A DNA stretch of 64,000 bases, counting the filler, from Octopus bimaculoides (Eukaryota): NCBI RefSeq assembly GCF_001194135.2. It is 5 parts of 5 records of this genome, joined end to end, with 100 filler letters (N's around TTAATTAATTAA, not from the genome) between each part and the next. Parts side by side here need not be neighbours in the genome. Positions count along the whole stretch, not along the records: positions 23,453 to 39,749 come from NC_068986.1; positions 39,850 to 61,798 come from NC_068985.1; 3 more parts are not named here. One strand, given 5' to 3'. The notes below the pieces were generated by a model that ran no database searches, was not told the DNA's origin, and was given only the letters and a program-made list of their open reading frames with translations. Below are positions 36,890 through 50,029 of the stretch, in pieces. The position numbers and the translations under genes are program-made. Within the stretch, counting starts at the first letter, position 1. Each line of letters begins with the position of its first letter.

Positions 36890-38273
36890 CACATGACGTC
36901 TGTAAGTACCGCTGTTCGTGGTACAGCTATGTTCGAGATAATCAAAGAGAATGAAGCCTTATCCAAAAATACAGCCACAATAACTTTCTGTATCGACCGT
37001 TAGCTCGTAAGAAGAAACGTAACAGTGAGCCTTCGTTTCCCGACAGTAACGATTGCCCCATGTTTGATCGTGTATTCTCAATGGTATCGTATTGAAAAAG
37101 TCGTGTTTTTAATGGCTGCAAACGCATCAGCAGATCAGAGCAGACTTAAGTGGTACTCTCCTTTAAATCAAGTGTCTTTAGCTAAGGTTCTTAGTGTTTA
37201 CAATTTTCCGATATCGAAACAATATCAATTGTTCTCACTGCCGTTCATTTAAATGCTGAATAGATAGGATATAACTCTCAATCTCCTATCCGGGTTTTTT
37301 TCTTGTTTGTTTTTTGCTTTCTATACTTTACTCGCCTTTCTATACTTTTTAGTTTCCATTTTGTACATTGTAGCAACTAAAGGCTCAATAATGGAAACAA
37401 ACCTTGTGCCACAGGCAGATGAATTAAAGTAACATAGAAACTCCACGAGAATTTCATCTTGATTAAATATTAATGTAATTTTGGTGGTTCCACCACGACC
37501 GCAATGAGCTAACACATCGTGTGTGATGACCCAACTACAAGCACTAATGTTTTCATAACTGTCCTTTCCTTAATTTCGGCCGTCCTCCGCCTCTTATTCT
37601 ATCGAATGCCTCCTCTTCTCTATTCTTTCTATTCCTTTCTCCCTTCCTTTCTTTCCTTCCCTTCACTTTAGTCCTTCGCTTCCAAATCAACATTTCTCTT
37701 CCTTTTTCCTATTTATCTCTCTTCCACTTATTTTATACTGACCGTTAGTGTCTCCCTTCACTCTCGCACCCCATACCTATACCATTCCTTCAGTGTTCTG
37801 CTTTGTTATAACCAGAAATGACTTTGACGAAAATAGCATTAACTTTTTAGGTTGTTCAATTTTTTTCATCGATCAATGGCCCTATTGATAAAATCTGTTA
37901 ATAACGAACCTATAACGACTACTGGAAACAGTTGTAAGTCAAATTTACTACAATTAAGAAAAAAATGTAATAATCATCATTCACACATTTTTTGTGTATC
38001 CCGCTGTGTAAAATCTAGGACAACTAGAACACAATCACGGGTTGGCAATATAGAATGAATTTGTAATAAACTATAACCTCGAGCAGCACTACAAGAATAC
38101 GCGGAGTTCTTTATTGATCTAAATAATTGTGTGACTGGTTTGCTAACAGAGAGTTTACAAATTATTTTATGGCATTAATAATTCCTCACTAATGACTCTC
38201 TCTGTCTCTGTCTGTCTGTCTGTCTGTCTGTCTCTTTCTCTCTCTCTCTCACTCACTCTCTCTCTCTTTCTCT

Positions 38274-38315
<42 letters not shown>

Positions 38316-39319
38316 TTTCAAAAAGGGTTTCGCGNNNNNNNNNNNNNNNNNNNNNNNNNNNNNNNNNNNNNNNNNNNNNNNNNNNNNNNNNNNNNNNNNN
38401 NNNNNNNNNNNNNNNNNNNNNNNNNNNNNNNNNNNNNNNNNNNNNNNNNNNNNNNNNNNNNNNNNNNNNNNNNNNNNNNNNNNNNNNNNNNNNNNNNNNN
38501 NNNNNNNNNNNNNNNNNNNNNNNNNNNNNNNNNNNNNNNNNNNNNNNNNNNNNNNNNNNNNNNNNNNNNNNNNNNNNNNNNNNNNNNNNNNNNNNNNNNN
38601 NNNNNNNNNNNNNNNNNNNNNNNNNNNNNNNNNNNNNNNNNNNNNNNNNNNNNNNNNNNNNNNNNNNNNNNNNNNNNNNNNNNNNNNNNNNNNNNNNNNN
38701 NNNNNNNNNNNNNNNNNNNNNNNNNNNNNNNNNNNNNNNNNNNNNNNNNNNNNNNNNNNNNNNNNNNNNNNNNNNNNNNNNNNNNNNNNNNNNNNNNNNN
38801 NNNNNNNNNNNNNNNNNNNNNNNNNNNNNNNNNNNNNNNNNNNNNNNNNNNNNNNNNNNNNNNNNNNNNNNNNNNNNNNNNNNNNNNNNNNNNNNNNNNN
38901 NNNNNNNNNNNNNNNNNNNNNNNNNNNNNNNNNNNNNNNNNNNNNNNNNNNNNNNNNNNNNNNNNNNNNNNNNNNNNNNNNNNNNNNNNNNNNNNNNNNN
39001 NNNNNNNNNNNNNNNNNNNNNNNNNNNNNNNNNNNNNNNNNNNNNNNNNNNNNNNNNNNNNNNNNNNNNNNNNNNNNNNNNNNNNNNNNNNNNNNNNNNN
39101 NNNNNNNNNNNNNNNNNNNNNNNNNNNNNNNNNNNNNNNNNNNNNNNNNNNNNNNNNNNNNNNNNNNNTATATATATATATGTTTATATACAAATGTATA
39201 TATATATTTTTAATTTAAGGTGAAAATTAAATATTAATTTTTCACCGGTGGTCAGTGTGAGTTAAAATGTTCGTAGACTATATTTGTTATTATACTATAT
39301 GTATGTATAAAAAGATATA

Positions 39320-39413
39320 CACTGGGAGAAAGCCACTAAGCTTTTTCGTGGTTTGGGATTTTTACTCCCATTTCTGGCGTAATGGAAAACCACTTAGTGG
39401 CTTTCCCTCAGTG
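39320..39413. mobile_element. 94-bp mini-MITE/hairpin, TA-flanked
   Basis: TA|cactgggagaaagccactaag ... cttagtggctttccctcagtg|TA; 21-bp TIR with 2 mismatches. Confidence 0.6.
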
Positions 39414-39709
39414 TATAATTCTTATACACACATATGATATGTATATCCCCTTTGATGTTCTGTGTCTTTGTACTTTGTGTAAGCTAGCTCTGTTGATATA
39501 TAAATATCTACATATATATATATATTTATACTTGAATATTCATCGTCTGAAAATCTTCATTATTTGCTTTCTCTTTATTTGCATCTACTCATTAGACTTC
39601 CTCTAAAACCCGCGAATTGGTCCTCGGTAAAAATTTCGGAGTGTAAGCTCAAATCATTTTTGCGCTTCTAAGTGTTTTTCTATATAGAGAAACTCTGAAT
39701 ATCAGCTAA

Positions 39710-39749
<40 letters not shown>

Positions 39750-39849
39750 NNNNNNNNNNNNNNNNNNNNNNNNNNNNNNNNNNNNNNNNNNNNTTAATTA
39801 ATTAANNNNNNNNNNNNNNNNNNNNNNNNNNNNNNNNNNNNNNNNNNNN
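39750..39849. other. Artificial 100-bp gap spacer
   Basis: 44 N + TTAATTAATTAA + 44 N. Confidence 0.95.
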
Positions 39850-39987
<138 letters not shown>

Positions 39988-40610
39988 ATATTTATAATAT
40001 ATATACCGAGAGCGCTCAGCTAGTATGAAAAAAATATAGATATACGAAGGCTATTATATTTATTTAATGAACATTGAACAGGTGCAATTGTTTTAGCAGC
40101 TAATAAATTGCCTATGACATGGCGAACTTCAGCTGATGCGCGTTAGGCCTAGATTTAAATATGTAATTTTAAAATTGAATTTGAAAAGTGACACACGAAT
40201 ATTACTAATTAAAATATGTACAGTATCGATGAATGTTTTAAAAATAAGATTAGCTAAGGGAAGTAACTCAAGTGCGATCCTAAAATGAATCTTATATAGT
40301 ACCTTCTTGAGTTTTTGATGTCGCGTTAGTAATTTATTTGAAGGACGAAAGATTTTGCTTGAAGTAGATGTAAATATTGATCTCAGCGCGATATGAACTT
40401 ACAACTTAAATAATTGGAATTTATAACATAAAGTAATTTGTTCGACGCTCCAACGCGTGTGTTAGCCTGCCGGGTCAAGCGAAAGTAGTCTAGACAGCAA
40501 TAGAATTTGAAATTTCTTCGTACCTATATTTCCTGTCATGCACCAGAAATTTTAACTTCCAAAGATGTTTACATTATGAGAAAATATTAAGATAAAGATC
40601 ATTCCTGAAC

Positions 40611-40820
40611 CATAGAGACTTATTGGGCGAGTTTTCCGGTTTTCATGGCGTATATATTTCCCACTTGGACCGGCCGCCGGTCTGTCACAAGATTACTCAA
40701 TTGAGTAGAGTGGAGCAACTGAAAATTGTTTTGCTCAACGCGTCCCACAGTCCAGGAATTGGAATTACAATGTATGGATCATGATATTCAACACACCTAT
40801 CCACTAAGCCACACGCCTCC
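40611..40820 (-). mobile_element. SINE family E (tRNA-like head, CORE-like segment)
   Basis: Minus strand ggaggcgtgtggcttagtgg...ttgagcaaaaca...gttgctccactctactca...gccatgaaaaccggaaa. Confidence 0.55.
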
Positions 40821-41584
40821 ACTTACATTTATAAGAAAGGAATTATTTTATTGCAATTTATTGCAATATTTAAGTTGAGAATACAAAATATTGCTGACAA
40901 TCAACGAAGTTATAATAGACATGATCAGCGAACGCAAAAAATGCATGAAATTATCTTTATATAATTTGTGGTACGTGTATGTGTATTTGTGGTACGTGTA
41001 TGTGTCCGTGTCTATATATCTATATGAACGGAGATACAATGAGAGCGACAGAAAGATACACGCATACACACACACACACAAACACTCTCTCACACACACA
41101 CATACGTGTGTGTGCTTATATATGAGTGTATGTTTGTGGATATGAAACAAAAGTAAACTTTCATAACATGCATAATAAAATATTTTATATTTAATCTTGT
41201 TTCAAGATATTTTTTTCGGAAACTTAACCAGGAATATATTCTCGCATGTCAAAGGTCGACAACCTGTGCTACGGGTATTTCTAAACGTATTTAAGAAATG
41301 TTATTCCCTCTTAGAATAAAAGTAACACTAAACAAACGATAGTGTATCGTCGTTGCCTTTATCGGACATATTTTAATAACAGAAAGCTATATGAGAAATC
41401 ACCAGTCACTATATTTATCAATTATTATTAGTGCATGTTCTTCCTGTGTTTACACGGGAATGTATTATTTTCTGGAAGTTGAATGTCTTAAGCTTATAAA
41501 GCAAGCTTTTTCTTCTAAAGACCTTATTTTCCTATTCTAGTTGTTACAACAAGTAGGCTCTAAGTTTTTTTGTATGAGTATCTG

Positions 41585-42068
41585 TATGTATGTCAATGTT
41601 CAATTTTATTTCAAGATTTGTTGCCAACAGAGAGACATGGTTTCTAACCTAGATCTAAGGCTCCTTAATTGAAATTTCAACATCAGCATGGGTACATATG
41701 TACACATGTATGTATGTCATTGTTCAATTTTATTTCAAGATTTCTTGTCAATAGAGAAAGAACCGGTTTCTAACCTAGATCTAAGGCTCCTTAATTGAAA
41801 TTTCAACATCAGCATGGGTACATATGTACGCATGTATGTATGTCATTGTTCAATTTTATTTCAAGATTTTNNNNNNNNNNNNNNNNTGGTTTCTAACCTA
41901 GATCTAAGGCTCCTTAATTGAAATTTCAACATCAGCATGGGTACATATGTACGCATGTATGTATGTCATTGTTCAATTTTATTTCAAGATTTTTTGTCAA
42001 TAGAGAAAGAACCGGTTTCTAACCTAAATCTAAGTCTCTTTAATTGAAATTTCAACATCAACAACAGG
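41585..42068 (-). repeat. Four tandem ~125-bp units, probably the 3' terminus of the adjacent RLE LINE
   Basis: caattttatttcaag recurs at 41601, 41725, 41851 and 41974; a 16-N gap lies in unit 3. Confidence 0.85.
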
Positions 42069-42087
42069 GTATTTTTGTTTTCGTAAG

Positions 42088-42121
<34 letters not shown>

Positions 42122-42748
42122 TGTATGTGTGTATGCATGTGTGCAGATATGTATGTTTTACTTTATGTATGTATTCTCATGCATATATTTGCATATTCAG
42201 AAACGCTCATATACATTTAAATGCTAAAGTTCTGGAAATTTTTACAGATTTTTACAGTTCCAGTGATGGCTTAGATCTGCAGTCTCGGAAAAGGCTTTCT
42301 CCTTTCTGGTGTCTCAAGATTGGTATTTAGATTGTGTTTTACATATCCCTGGGTCCCAATAAATACAGGTATACACCTGAAATTGTAATCTGGATAGAGT
42401 AACTGCAGATTTCTCAATAGTTCAGTGTAGGTATTCTCTTATTTACTGATCTACAGTTTTATGTCAACATCCGCTGGGCAACTAATTTCCACAACTGTGC
42501 ACAGTTTCTCTTCTCCATTCCAAATCAGTATATCAGGTATGTTGTGCTTACATTTTATTGAGATCTTCCCTGGGACATTCCACCAGTACTCCTTTTTGTT
42601 ATAAGTGGCTATGGCTTCTACCATATTGCGGGTTCTTATTTCTTTGTATTCGGGGTTATCCTTTCGACGGATTTCATCATAGAGTGTCCTAGCTACATCA
42701 TGTCTCATTGGTAAATAATACCGGGATGACTTATTCGAACAACTGTTT
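42069..42748 (-). mobile_element. RLE-type non-LTR retrotransposon 3' fragment (copy 1)
   Basis: SCSNKSSRYYLPMRHDVARTLY...WWNVP...KHNIPDILIW..EKLCTVVEISCPAD...ENTYTELLRNLQLLYPDY: end of a CCHC knuckle plus PD-(D/E)xK nuclease; stop near 42217. Confidence 0.8.
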
Positions 42749-42783
42749 ATGTATGTATGTATGTATGTATGTATGTATGTATA

Positions 42784-43090
42784 CGTGAAGATTTGTATGT
42801 TTTGTTTTACGTATGTCTTCCCATGCATATACGTGCATATCTAGACATGCTCATATATATTTAATGATAAACGTCTAGAACGTTTTACAGACTTTTACAG
42901 TTCCAGTGATGGGTTTGATCTGTAGTCTTTGAATCAGCTTTGTCCTTTCCGGGTTTCAGAAGTCTTATTTCTCAAGATTGGCATTCAGGTAGTGTGTCAC
43001 ATATCCTAGTTCCCCAATAATTACAGGTATAACCTGAACTTGTAATTTGGACAGAGTAACTGGAGATTTTTTAATTGTTCAGCGTAGGTA
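42784..43090 (-). mobile_element. RLE-type non-LTR retrotransposon 3' fragment (copy 2, shorter)
   Basis: TYAEQLKNLQLLCPNYKFR..PVIIG.LGYV, colinear with copy 1; ends in (TACA)n. Confidence 0.8.
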
Positions 43091-43181
43091 TACATACATA
43101 TATACATGCATGCATGCATACATACATACATACATAAATACATACATAATACATACATACATATATACATACATACATACA

Positions 43182-43214
<33 letters not shown>

Positions 43215-43215
<1 letters not shown>

Positions 43216-43400
43216 AGGTATGGGAGGTATTAGTATACAGAAGACCAAATTAACTTATTATTTCCTTGTATCTAACCATCTCACATCGTCTGTGATGAAA
43301 TGATATGTCTAATATCTCAGAAACAGCTGTAAGACTAACTTTCTCTTTATAAATATCCTGAAACTTCCACACTGCCTTGGCTTTGTTGTCTTATTTTATT
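43215..43400 (+). mobile_element. Short Penelope-like unit with hammerhead motif (43288-43335, C3G)
   Basis: gtct-GTGATGA-aat-gatat-gtcta-atatc-tca-GAAA-CAGCTG-TA-agac; helix III ACAGCUGU is palindromic. Confidence 0.5.
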
Positions 43401-44449
43401 TAACACATATATGTATATATAGATAGATGTATATTGTTCCAGTTTTAATCGTNNNNNNNNNNNNNNNNNNNNNNNNNNNNNNNNNNNNNNNNNNNNNNNN
43501 NNNNNNNNNNNNNNNNNNNNNNNNNNNNNNNNNNNNNNNNNNNNNNNNNNNNNNNNNNNNNNNNNNNNNNNNNNNNNNNNNNNNNNNNNNNNNNNNNNNN
43601 NNNNNNNNNNNNNNNNNNNNNNNNNNNNNNNNNNNNNNNNNNNNNNNNNNNNNNNNNNNNNNNNNNNNNNNNNNNNNNNNNNNNNNNNNNNNNNNNNNNN
43701 NNNNNNNNNNNNNNNNNNNNNNNNNTGAAAAAAAATTAATATTTTTTTTTTTTTAATCTGAATGAAAAATTTGAAATTGACACTTTAATTACCTTCTTTG
43801 AAATATTATTCAGTCATTAATCATTTTAACTACATTCCGGCTATAGTTACCGCTTATTCCTTTCTTTTTTATATATATGGCTTTATATGCTATTTTTTCT
43901 CTCTTTATTTCAATTAATCCACCTTCACTAAAAGTGAAACGGAGAGAACAGTTTTCTATTTACTAGAATTAAGCTGTCACTTACATCCTACTGTCAAAAA
44001 ACGTTCTTTTCGCGCGTTAACTCTCACGTTTTCTCTTCTTTCACCAACTTTTCTTTTTTTTTATTTTCGGTACCGAACAATTATTTATGGCAGCCTTAAT
44101 TTCTTTACTTCATTAGTCACAAGACCACCGATTGTTGATGCTGTTGTTGGTGATGTAGTAGTAGTAATATTAGTAGTAGAAGTGGAGGTGATGTTGTTGC
44201 TTAACCCCATGTCACCTCAGATCGTGCAGACATGTGATCAAAGACATTTCAACTATGACCATTTTCTATTGATGTTGTCGTTGCTGCTGTTGTTGCAGTG
44301 GTTATTGTTAATATTTAACCCAAGGACGGAACTGTTTGAGCAGCCCTAAGATCAGAAAATGTTCTTCCTATGACCATATCATTTATCGTTCGGGCACTGC
44401 ATATCGTGACGGCATTATCAAGTCATTGTCTCACTCTCCTCCGTCTGTT

Positions 44450-44500
<51 letters not shown>

Positions 44501-44631
44501 ATCTATCTATCTATCTATCTATCGATCGATCAATCTATCTTTCTCTTCCTCTCTCCCTTCCTTTTTAAAGACAGCTACTTATAATATGAAGAAGATAGGA
44601 CTGTTTTAGCAATTCTAGTGACTATTTAGAA

Positions 44632-44986
44632 CAGAGGTTCCCAACTTGAGTTTACATGGGCCCTGAGGACCCATATAAGATTTCTGGGTGTGGGGAGAAC
44701 GTAACAAAATAGTAAACTGGGGATCCATAAAATCATTTTAAGGGCTTCTGAAAAAACTTTACTTTAGATGTGTGTATTGGTATGTATTGCAAGAAACAGT
44801 GAGGCTTCTTTCTCTAACATTTAAATAGTACAATCTACACACGTTAATGTGTGAAAAACAAAATAGGAATTTTGAAAGACGTCTCTATAAAACTAATTTT
44901 TAAATATCGAATGGTTCTGGGTGTCCACCAGGATGAAATAGTAACCAAAGTGGTCCAGAGATAAAAGAATGTTTGAGAATCTGTAG
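44632..44986. mobile_element. hAT (Charlie-like) MITE, diverged
   Basis: Ends cagaggttcccaac and gtttgagaatctg resemble CAGGGGTTCTCAAC TIRs; TSD not clear. Confidence 0.5.
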
Positions 44987-45569
44987 TTTAGGTCCTCTAG
45001 GGACTCATTATATTTCAGAAATTTTGATTTGTTTAGCCTTATACGAGAAAGTTTTAGCTGCTATATCTTCGAGCATGCAGGACTGGTCACGGTGAGGTAC
45101 CAGGCAGGTTTTCATCTGCCAGATTTTTCATATTGAAATGAGACTAAAATCTATATATTTAAGAAGAAAGTATAATTTATTGTAAGCCTTTGTATATGCA
45201 GACTTGGAAATATTTCAAAGCAACAGAGTAAAGGAAAGGCAGGCCGTTGAAATCTGTTCACCTTACAGCATTTGAGGAAAGCATCTTCTCTGACTATTCA
45301 GCGACATCCATCTTACCCTCTTCAATTCTATAGTAATATTCGTTAATTACATTATTAAAGAATACCTTATTGAACTGAATACAGGAAAAGTAGCTGACAG
45401 TTTAACATATAGTATTATTACGATGGTAGAAACTCATCCTTTTATTGCCAACTCATTTATTGTTTTAATGTTTCTTCAGTCCTAGAACTCATAGTGTACA
45501 CAGTTTCTATGGCATGTAAATGACCAGGACGCCGACCCATGACAGGGTTCAACGCCAGCAATTGCAAAA

Positions 45570-46000
45570 GAAGGAAAAGTCGATTACATTGACTCCAGTA
45601 ACTGACACGTACTTTAACCCTTAAATGACGATGCTTCAAATTTTTTTAGATGGATACTCTCATTATCTAAAAAAAAAATGTGAATAAAGTACGGCATTTG
45701 CAAAAATAAGATTGTAAATTTTATTGTACGAGAGACTAATAAATATTATAGTTGTTGCACTTATTTAAAGTCAGTGTAAAAATAACTCTTAAGAGACAGC
45801 TTTCGTATTTTGCCTGTTTGGCACAAACAATCATGCAATTTTTGTCGCCGTTTAAGGGTTAATTTATCGATCCCGAAGTAATAAAAACCAAAGATGTCTT
45901 CGTCAAGATTTAAAATCATAACGGAAAGAGCTGGAAGGAAAACGGTGAATCAGTTTGACCGATGCGTCAGCTAACGATTCTGCCATCTTGTCGTCTTTAC
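45570..46000 (-). mobile_element. Diverged SINE family B split by a piggyBac-like MITE
   Basis: gtcgattacattgactccag...gtac|TTAA...TTAA|tttatcgatcccgaa...ctaacgattctgcc restores the SINE B order. Confidence 0.65.
45618..45858. mobile_element. piggyBac-like MITE (241 bp) with TTAA target duplication
   Basis: TTAA|CCCTTAAATGACGA ... TCGCCGTTTAAGGG|TTAA; 14-bp TIR with 2 mismatches; TTAA at 45614-17 and 45859-62. Confidence 0.8.
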
Positions 46001-46764
46001 AAAATGAATTAACTTCAGGTAAATGCAGTTCACACATGACAGTAAATATTACCGCTCTGAGGTACAATGTACGTTTCACGAATAAACTATTACCTTGCAG
46101 TACTGGGCTCAAACCTTGATGCGAAAGTAACCTAGACTGTGAGTTTGTGATCTTCCAAACCGATTTGATCAGGATACACTCAATGGTGACGAAGTCCGTG
46201 GTTCGCTGCCGGATCAAAATCATAAAGTATGGCACACATTTGTATTTATTTATTTAATTGTTTAAGGGCAGCGTTTAAATGAAAATAGCACTGACAGATA
46301 TTAGGGACGAATGACCATAATATAAAAGATAAAGGAGTAGTAGACAAACGATGGGTGTTTCTCTCTTTTGCAATTCTGAATGTGGAATTCACTTCTATAT
46401 TTTTTATACAAATCTTAAACTGCAAAACACATGATATCGCTGATGATAACATTTCACGAACAAACATGGTGGTGCGGCACATAAAAAATCATTAGAGCAT
46501 TACAGAAAATCCGTTATTCTGTTTCTTCCGGCTCTTTACGGAATGAGCTCAATTCCTACAAAGGTTGAATTATTCCTTGAGGACATAAAATAAATATACA
46601 TACGGTGGTGCTCCAGCATGAACGCAGCCACTTGGCTGAAACCCATAAATAAATAATATATATATCTTTCTACTTGTTATACAATAGATTTCAACGCTTC
46701 AAAAGCAAACTTGTTTGTTTACATATGACGTTATATATATATATATATATATATATATAGGCAG

Positions 46765-47210
46765 AACTTCCAGTCATGCGATCTAACATGTCAACTCGAG
46801 AAGCCAAGAAAAAACGCATTGCAGGTTTACTTCGTGCTGGGGTTGCAATTAGACTTATAACTGAGACTGTCGAGACCTCTGTGATGACGGTCTATAACGT
46901 TAAAAATCGACTGCTGGATATGGGAGGCTTAAAGAGAAATCTAGGAAGGGGAGGCATAAATAAAAAACGGGATACTACATTTCTTAAATCTCTCAAACCC
47001 AAAATTTCGGAAGACACAACAACAAACACGAGAAAACTGTCCGTGGACATGAAGTTTAAGCCAGAGGCCACCAGAATTGCTGTACACACTGATTTACAGT
47101 TGGGGCCATATGTGAGAACCCCGAGACACCTATAGACCCATGCAATGAAAGCCAGGGGGCATGAAAGGGCCCAAAAATATTGTGATGTCTGAAGCACAAT
47201 GGACAATTAC
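46765..47210 (+). mobile_element. Tc1/mariner (maT-like) transposase 5' remnant
   Basis: ORF 46776-47135 MSTREAKKKRIAGLLRAG...TVYNVK...G.GG.NKKR...L.SL..KI..D.TT..RKL...AVH.DL...YVRTPRHL, a paired HTH-type N-terminus. Confidence 0.7.
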
Positions 47211-48331
47211 TTCTTTAACTTTCTAAAAGACATCTCAACGCTTCTAAAAGCAAGCTTCGTTTGTTTATTTACGTTTGTCGTAATTTGAACTTAGTATATA
47301 TNNNNNNNNNNNNNNNNNNNNNNNNNNNNNNNNNNNNNNNNNNNNNNNNNNNNNNNNNNNNNNNNNNNNNNNNNNNNNNNNNNNNNNNNNNNNNNNNNNN
47401 NNNNNNNNNNNNNNNNNNNNNNNNNNNNNNNNNNNNNNNNNNNNNNNNNNNNNNNNNNNNNNNNNNNNNNNNNNNNNNNNNNNNNNNNNNNNNNNNNNNN
47501 NNNNNNNNNNNNNNNNNNNNNNNNNNNNNNNNNNNNNNNNNNNNNNNNNNNNNNNNNNNNNNNNNNNNNNNNNNNNNNNNNNNNNNNNNNNNNNNNNNNN
47601 NNNNNNNNNNNNNNNNNNNNNNNNNNNNNNNNNNNNNNNNNNNNNNNNNNNNNNNNNNNNNNNNNNNNNNNNNNNNNNNNNNNNNNNNNNNNNNNNNNNN
47701 NNNNNNNNNNNNNNNNNNNNNNNNNNNNNNNNNNNNNNNNNNNNNNNNNNNNNNNNNNNNNNNNNNNNNNNNNNNNNNNNNNNNNNNNNNNNNNNNNNNN
47801 NNNNNNNNNNNNNNNNNNNNNNNNNNNNNNNNNNNNNNNNNNNNNNNNNNNNNNNNNNNNNNNNNNNNNNNNNNNNNNNNNNNNNNNNNNNNNNNNNNNN
47901 NNNNNNNNNNNNNNNNNNNNNNNNNNNNNNNNNNNNNNNNNNNNNNNNNNNNNNNNNNNNNNNNNNNNNNNNNNNNNNNNNNNNNNNNNNNNNNNNNNNN
48001 NNNNNNNNNNNNNNNNNNNNNNNNNNNNNNNNNNNNNNNNNNNNNNNNNNNNNNNNNNNNNNNNNNNNNNNNNNNNATATATATATATATATAAACATAC
48101 ATATGCAAGCAGTTTTACTCACACACGTACAAACATACATGCGTGCACATATATGTAAGCATGTAAACACACATACAAACAATTATTTAGACGTGTACAA
48201 ACGTACGCTGTTACACATATAATTACACACGTAGAACTACAAACATACTCGCATAAATCATACGTTTACTCAAATCTGAATACAAACACATACATTTTTG
48301 CTCACACATAGCAAGTTACACACACAGATAC

Positions 48332-48362
<31 letters not shown>

Positions 48363-48669
48363 TACTTTTGCTCGCATTATTTTTCTCACATACATACGCA
48401 CATACAAATACAAACGCACAAACATGCAAATAAAACACACACATATACAAATAACAGCACACATACGCACAATTTCACTGACCCATACAAACATACACAC
48501 AATTGTACTCATACATACAGACTTATATACACAAATTGTTCTCACATACAAATACACACGTACGGTCTTTTACTCACGAATATACAGACACAAACACAGA
48601 GATGCATACAAATAGCAGCACGCAAATATACATACATACACGCGCACACACTTTAACTCACTAACATGT

Positions 48670-48706
<37 letters not shown>

Positions 48707-48930
48707 TGCACAGACACACGAATACAAACATACCCATACACACAAGGTTTCACATGCGCACGCACAATGAGATTCTGTCGAAGAAGCATATTTTAGAAAA
48801 GACAATTTGATCATCTGTGGCCGTGTTTTCTCTTAACGATGGCAGAGTTGACTGACAGTGTTGGTGCAGTAGTGGTAGTGGCAGCAGATGCAACAGCAAC
48901 AGCAGCTACTATCATCATTATTATTATTAT

Positions 48931-48993
<63 letters not shown>

Positions 48994-49002
48994 AAGCAGC
49001 AA

Positions 49003-49057
<55 letters not shown>
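48931..49057. repeat. (TAG)n microsatellite
   Basis: Near-perfect trinucleotide run. Confidence 0.95.
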
Positions 49058-49488
49058 CAAAGATAATGGTGACCTCGATAGTGCCTTTGATGATGGTGCG
49101 GTGGGATGAACCGTTTGCTCATGGGACAGACGTCTTAGCGGTATTTCTTCAGACTCTTAAGTTCTGCGTTCAAATCGCAAACGCCTTTCATCGACTCTTT
49201 ATCATCAACGTCATCATCAACAACATTGACATTATTGTTTCGTACCGTAGGACGGTTTGCTCGGCTTCCATGGCATATAAGTGATGGAAGATCAAAACGT
49301 TACCCTATTAGGGGTCACCACTCCGTTAGAGCGGATAGCACTGGAGCAATGTGAAATAAAATGCTTCCTTCGAGAACCCAATGAGCCGCCCTCTTCGAAT
49401 GGAAATCACGATTTTGAGTCAGCTCTAACCACCAGCTATGTTTTCGGGATCGATAAAATAAAGTACTAACCATGTACTTGGGTCGATA

Positions 49489-49921
49489 TTCTTTTCTACT
49501 CTAGGCACAAGACCCGAAATGTTGGTGGGAGAGGCCCAGTCGATTAGATCGACCCCAGTACGCAACTGGTACTTAATTTATCGACCCCGAAAGGATGAAA
49601 GGCAAAGTCGACCTCGGTGGAATTTGAACTCCGAACGCAAAGACAGACGAAATACCGCTAAGCATTTCGCTCGGCGTGCTAACATTCCTGCCAGCTCCTC
49701 GCCCTAGTTATTCTTTTCTGCTTTAGGCACAAGGCCCGAAATTTTTGGGGAAGGGGGACAGTCGATTAGATCGACCCTTGTACGCAACTGGTACTTAATT
49801 TACCCACCCCGAAAGGATGAAAGGCAAAGTCGACCTCGAAGGAATTTGAACTCAAAACATAAAGACGGACGAAGTATCGCTAAACATTTCATCCGGCATG
49901 CTAACGTTTCTGCCAGCTCGC
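49489..49921 (-). mobile_element. Head-to-tail dimer of SINE family B (49489-49703, 49711-49921)
   Basis: Both have the ttcttttct.ct.taggcacaag tail and the ctgccagctc head. Confidence 0.9.
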
Positions 49922-50029
49922 AGTTTTGTATAACGTCTATATTATAACTGAATAAATAATGTATATATGTACATACCTACATATATATGTCTATATCCAT
50001 GCATATATGAGTACAGGACGTCAAAATAG

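Noticed and set aside
41585-42068. Satellite or CRISPR-like array
   Set aside because: Units are near-identical throughout with no spacers, and are continuous with the LINE 3' UTR.
45903-46235. 110-aa minus-strand ORF and an apparent small plus-strand intron at about 46020-46100
   Set aside because: The ORF end overlaps a diverged SINE B head; the spliced plus-strand frame has stops on both sides.
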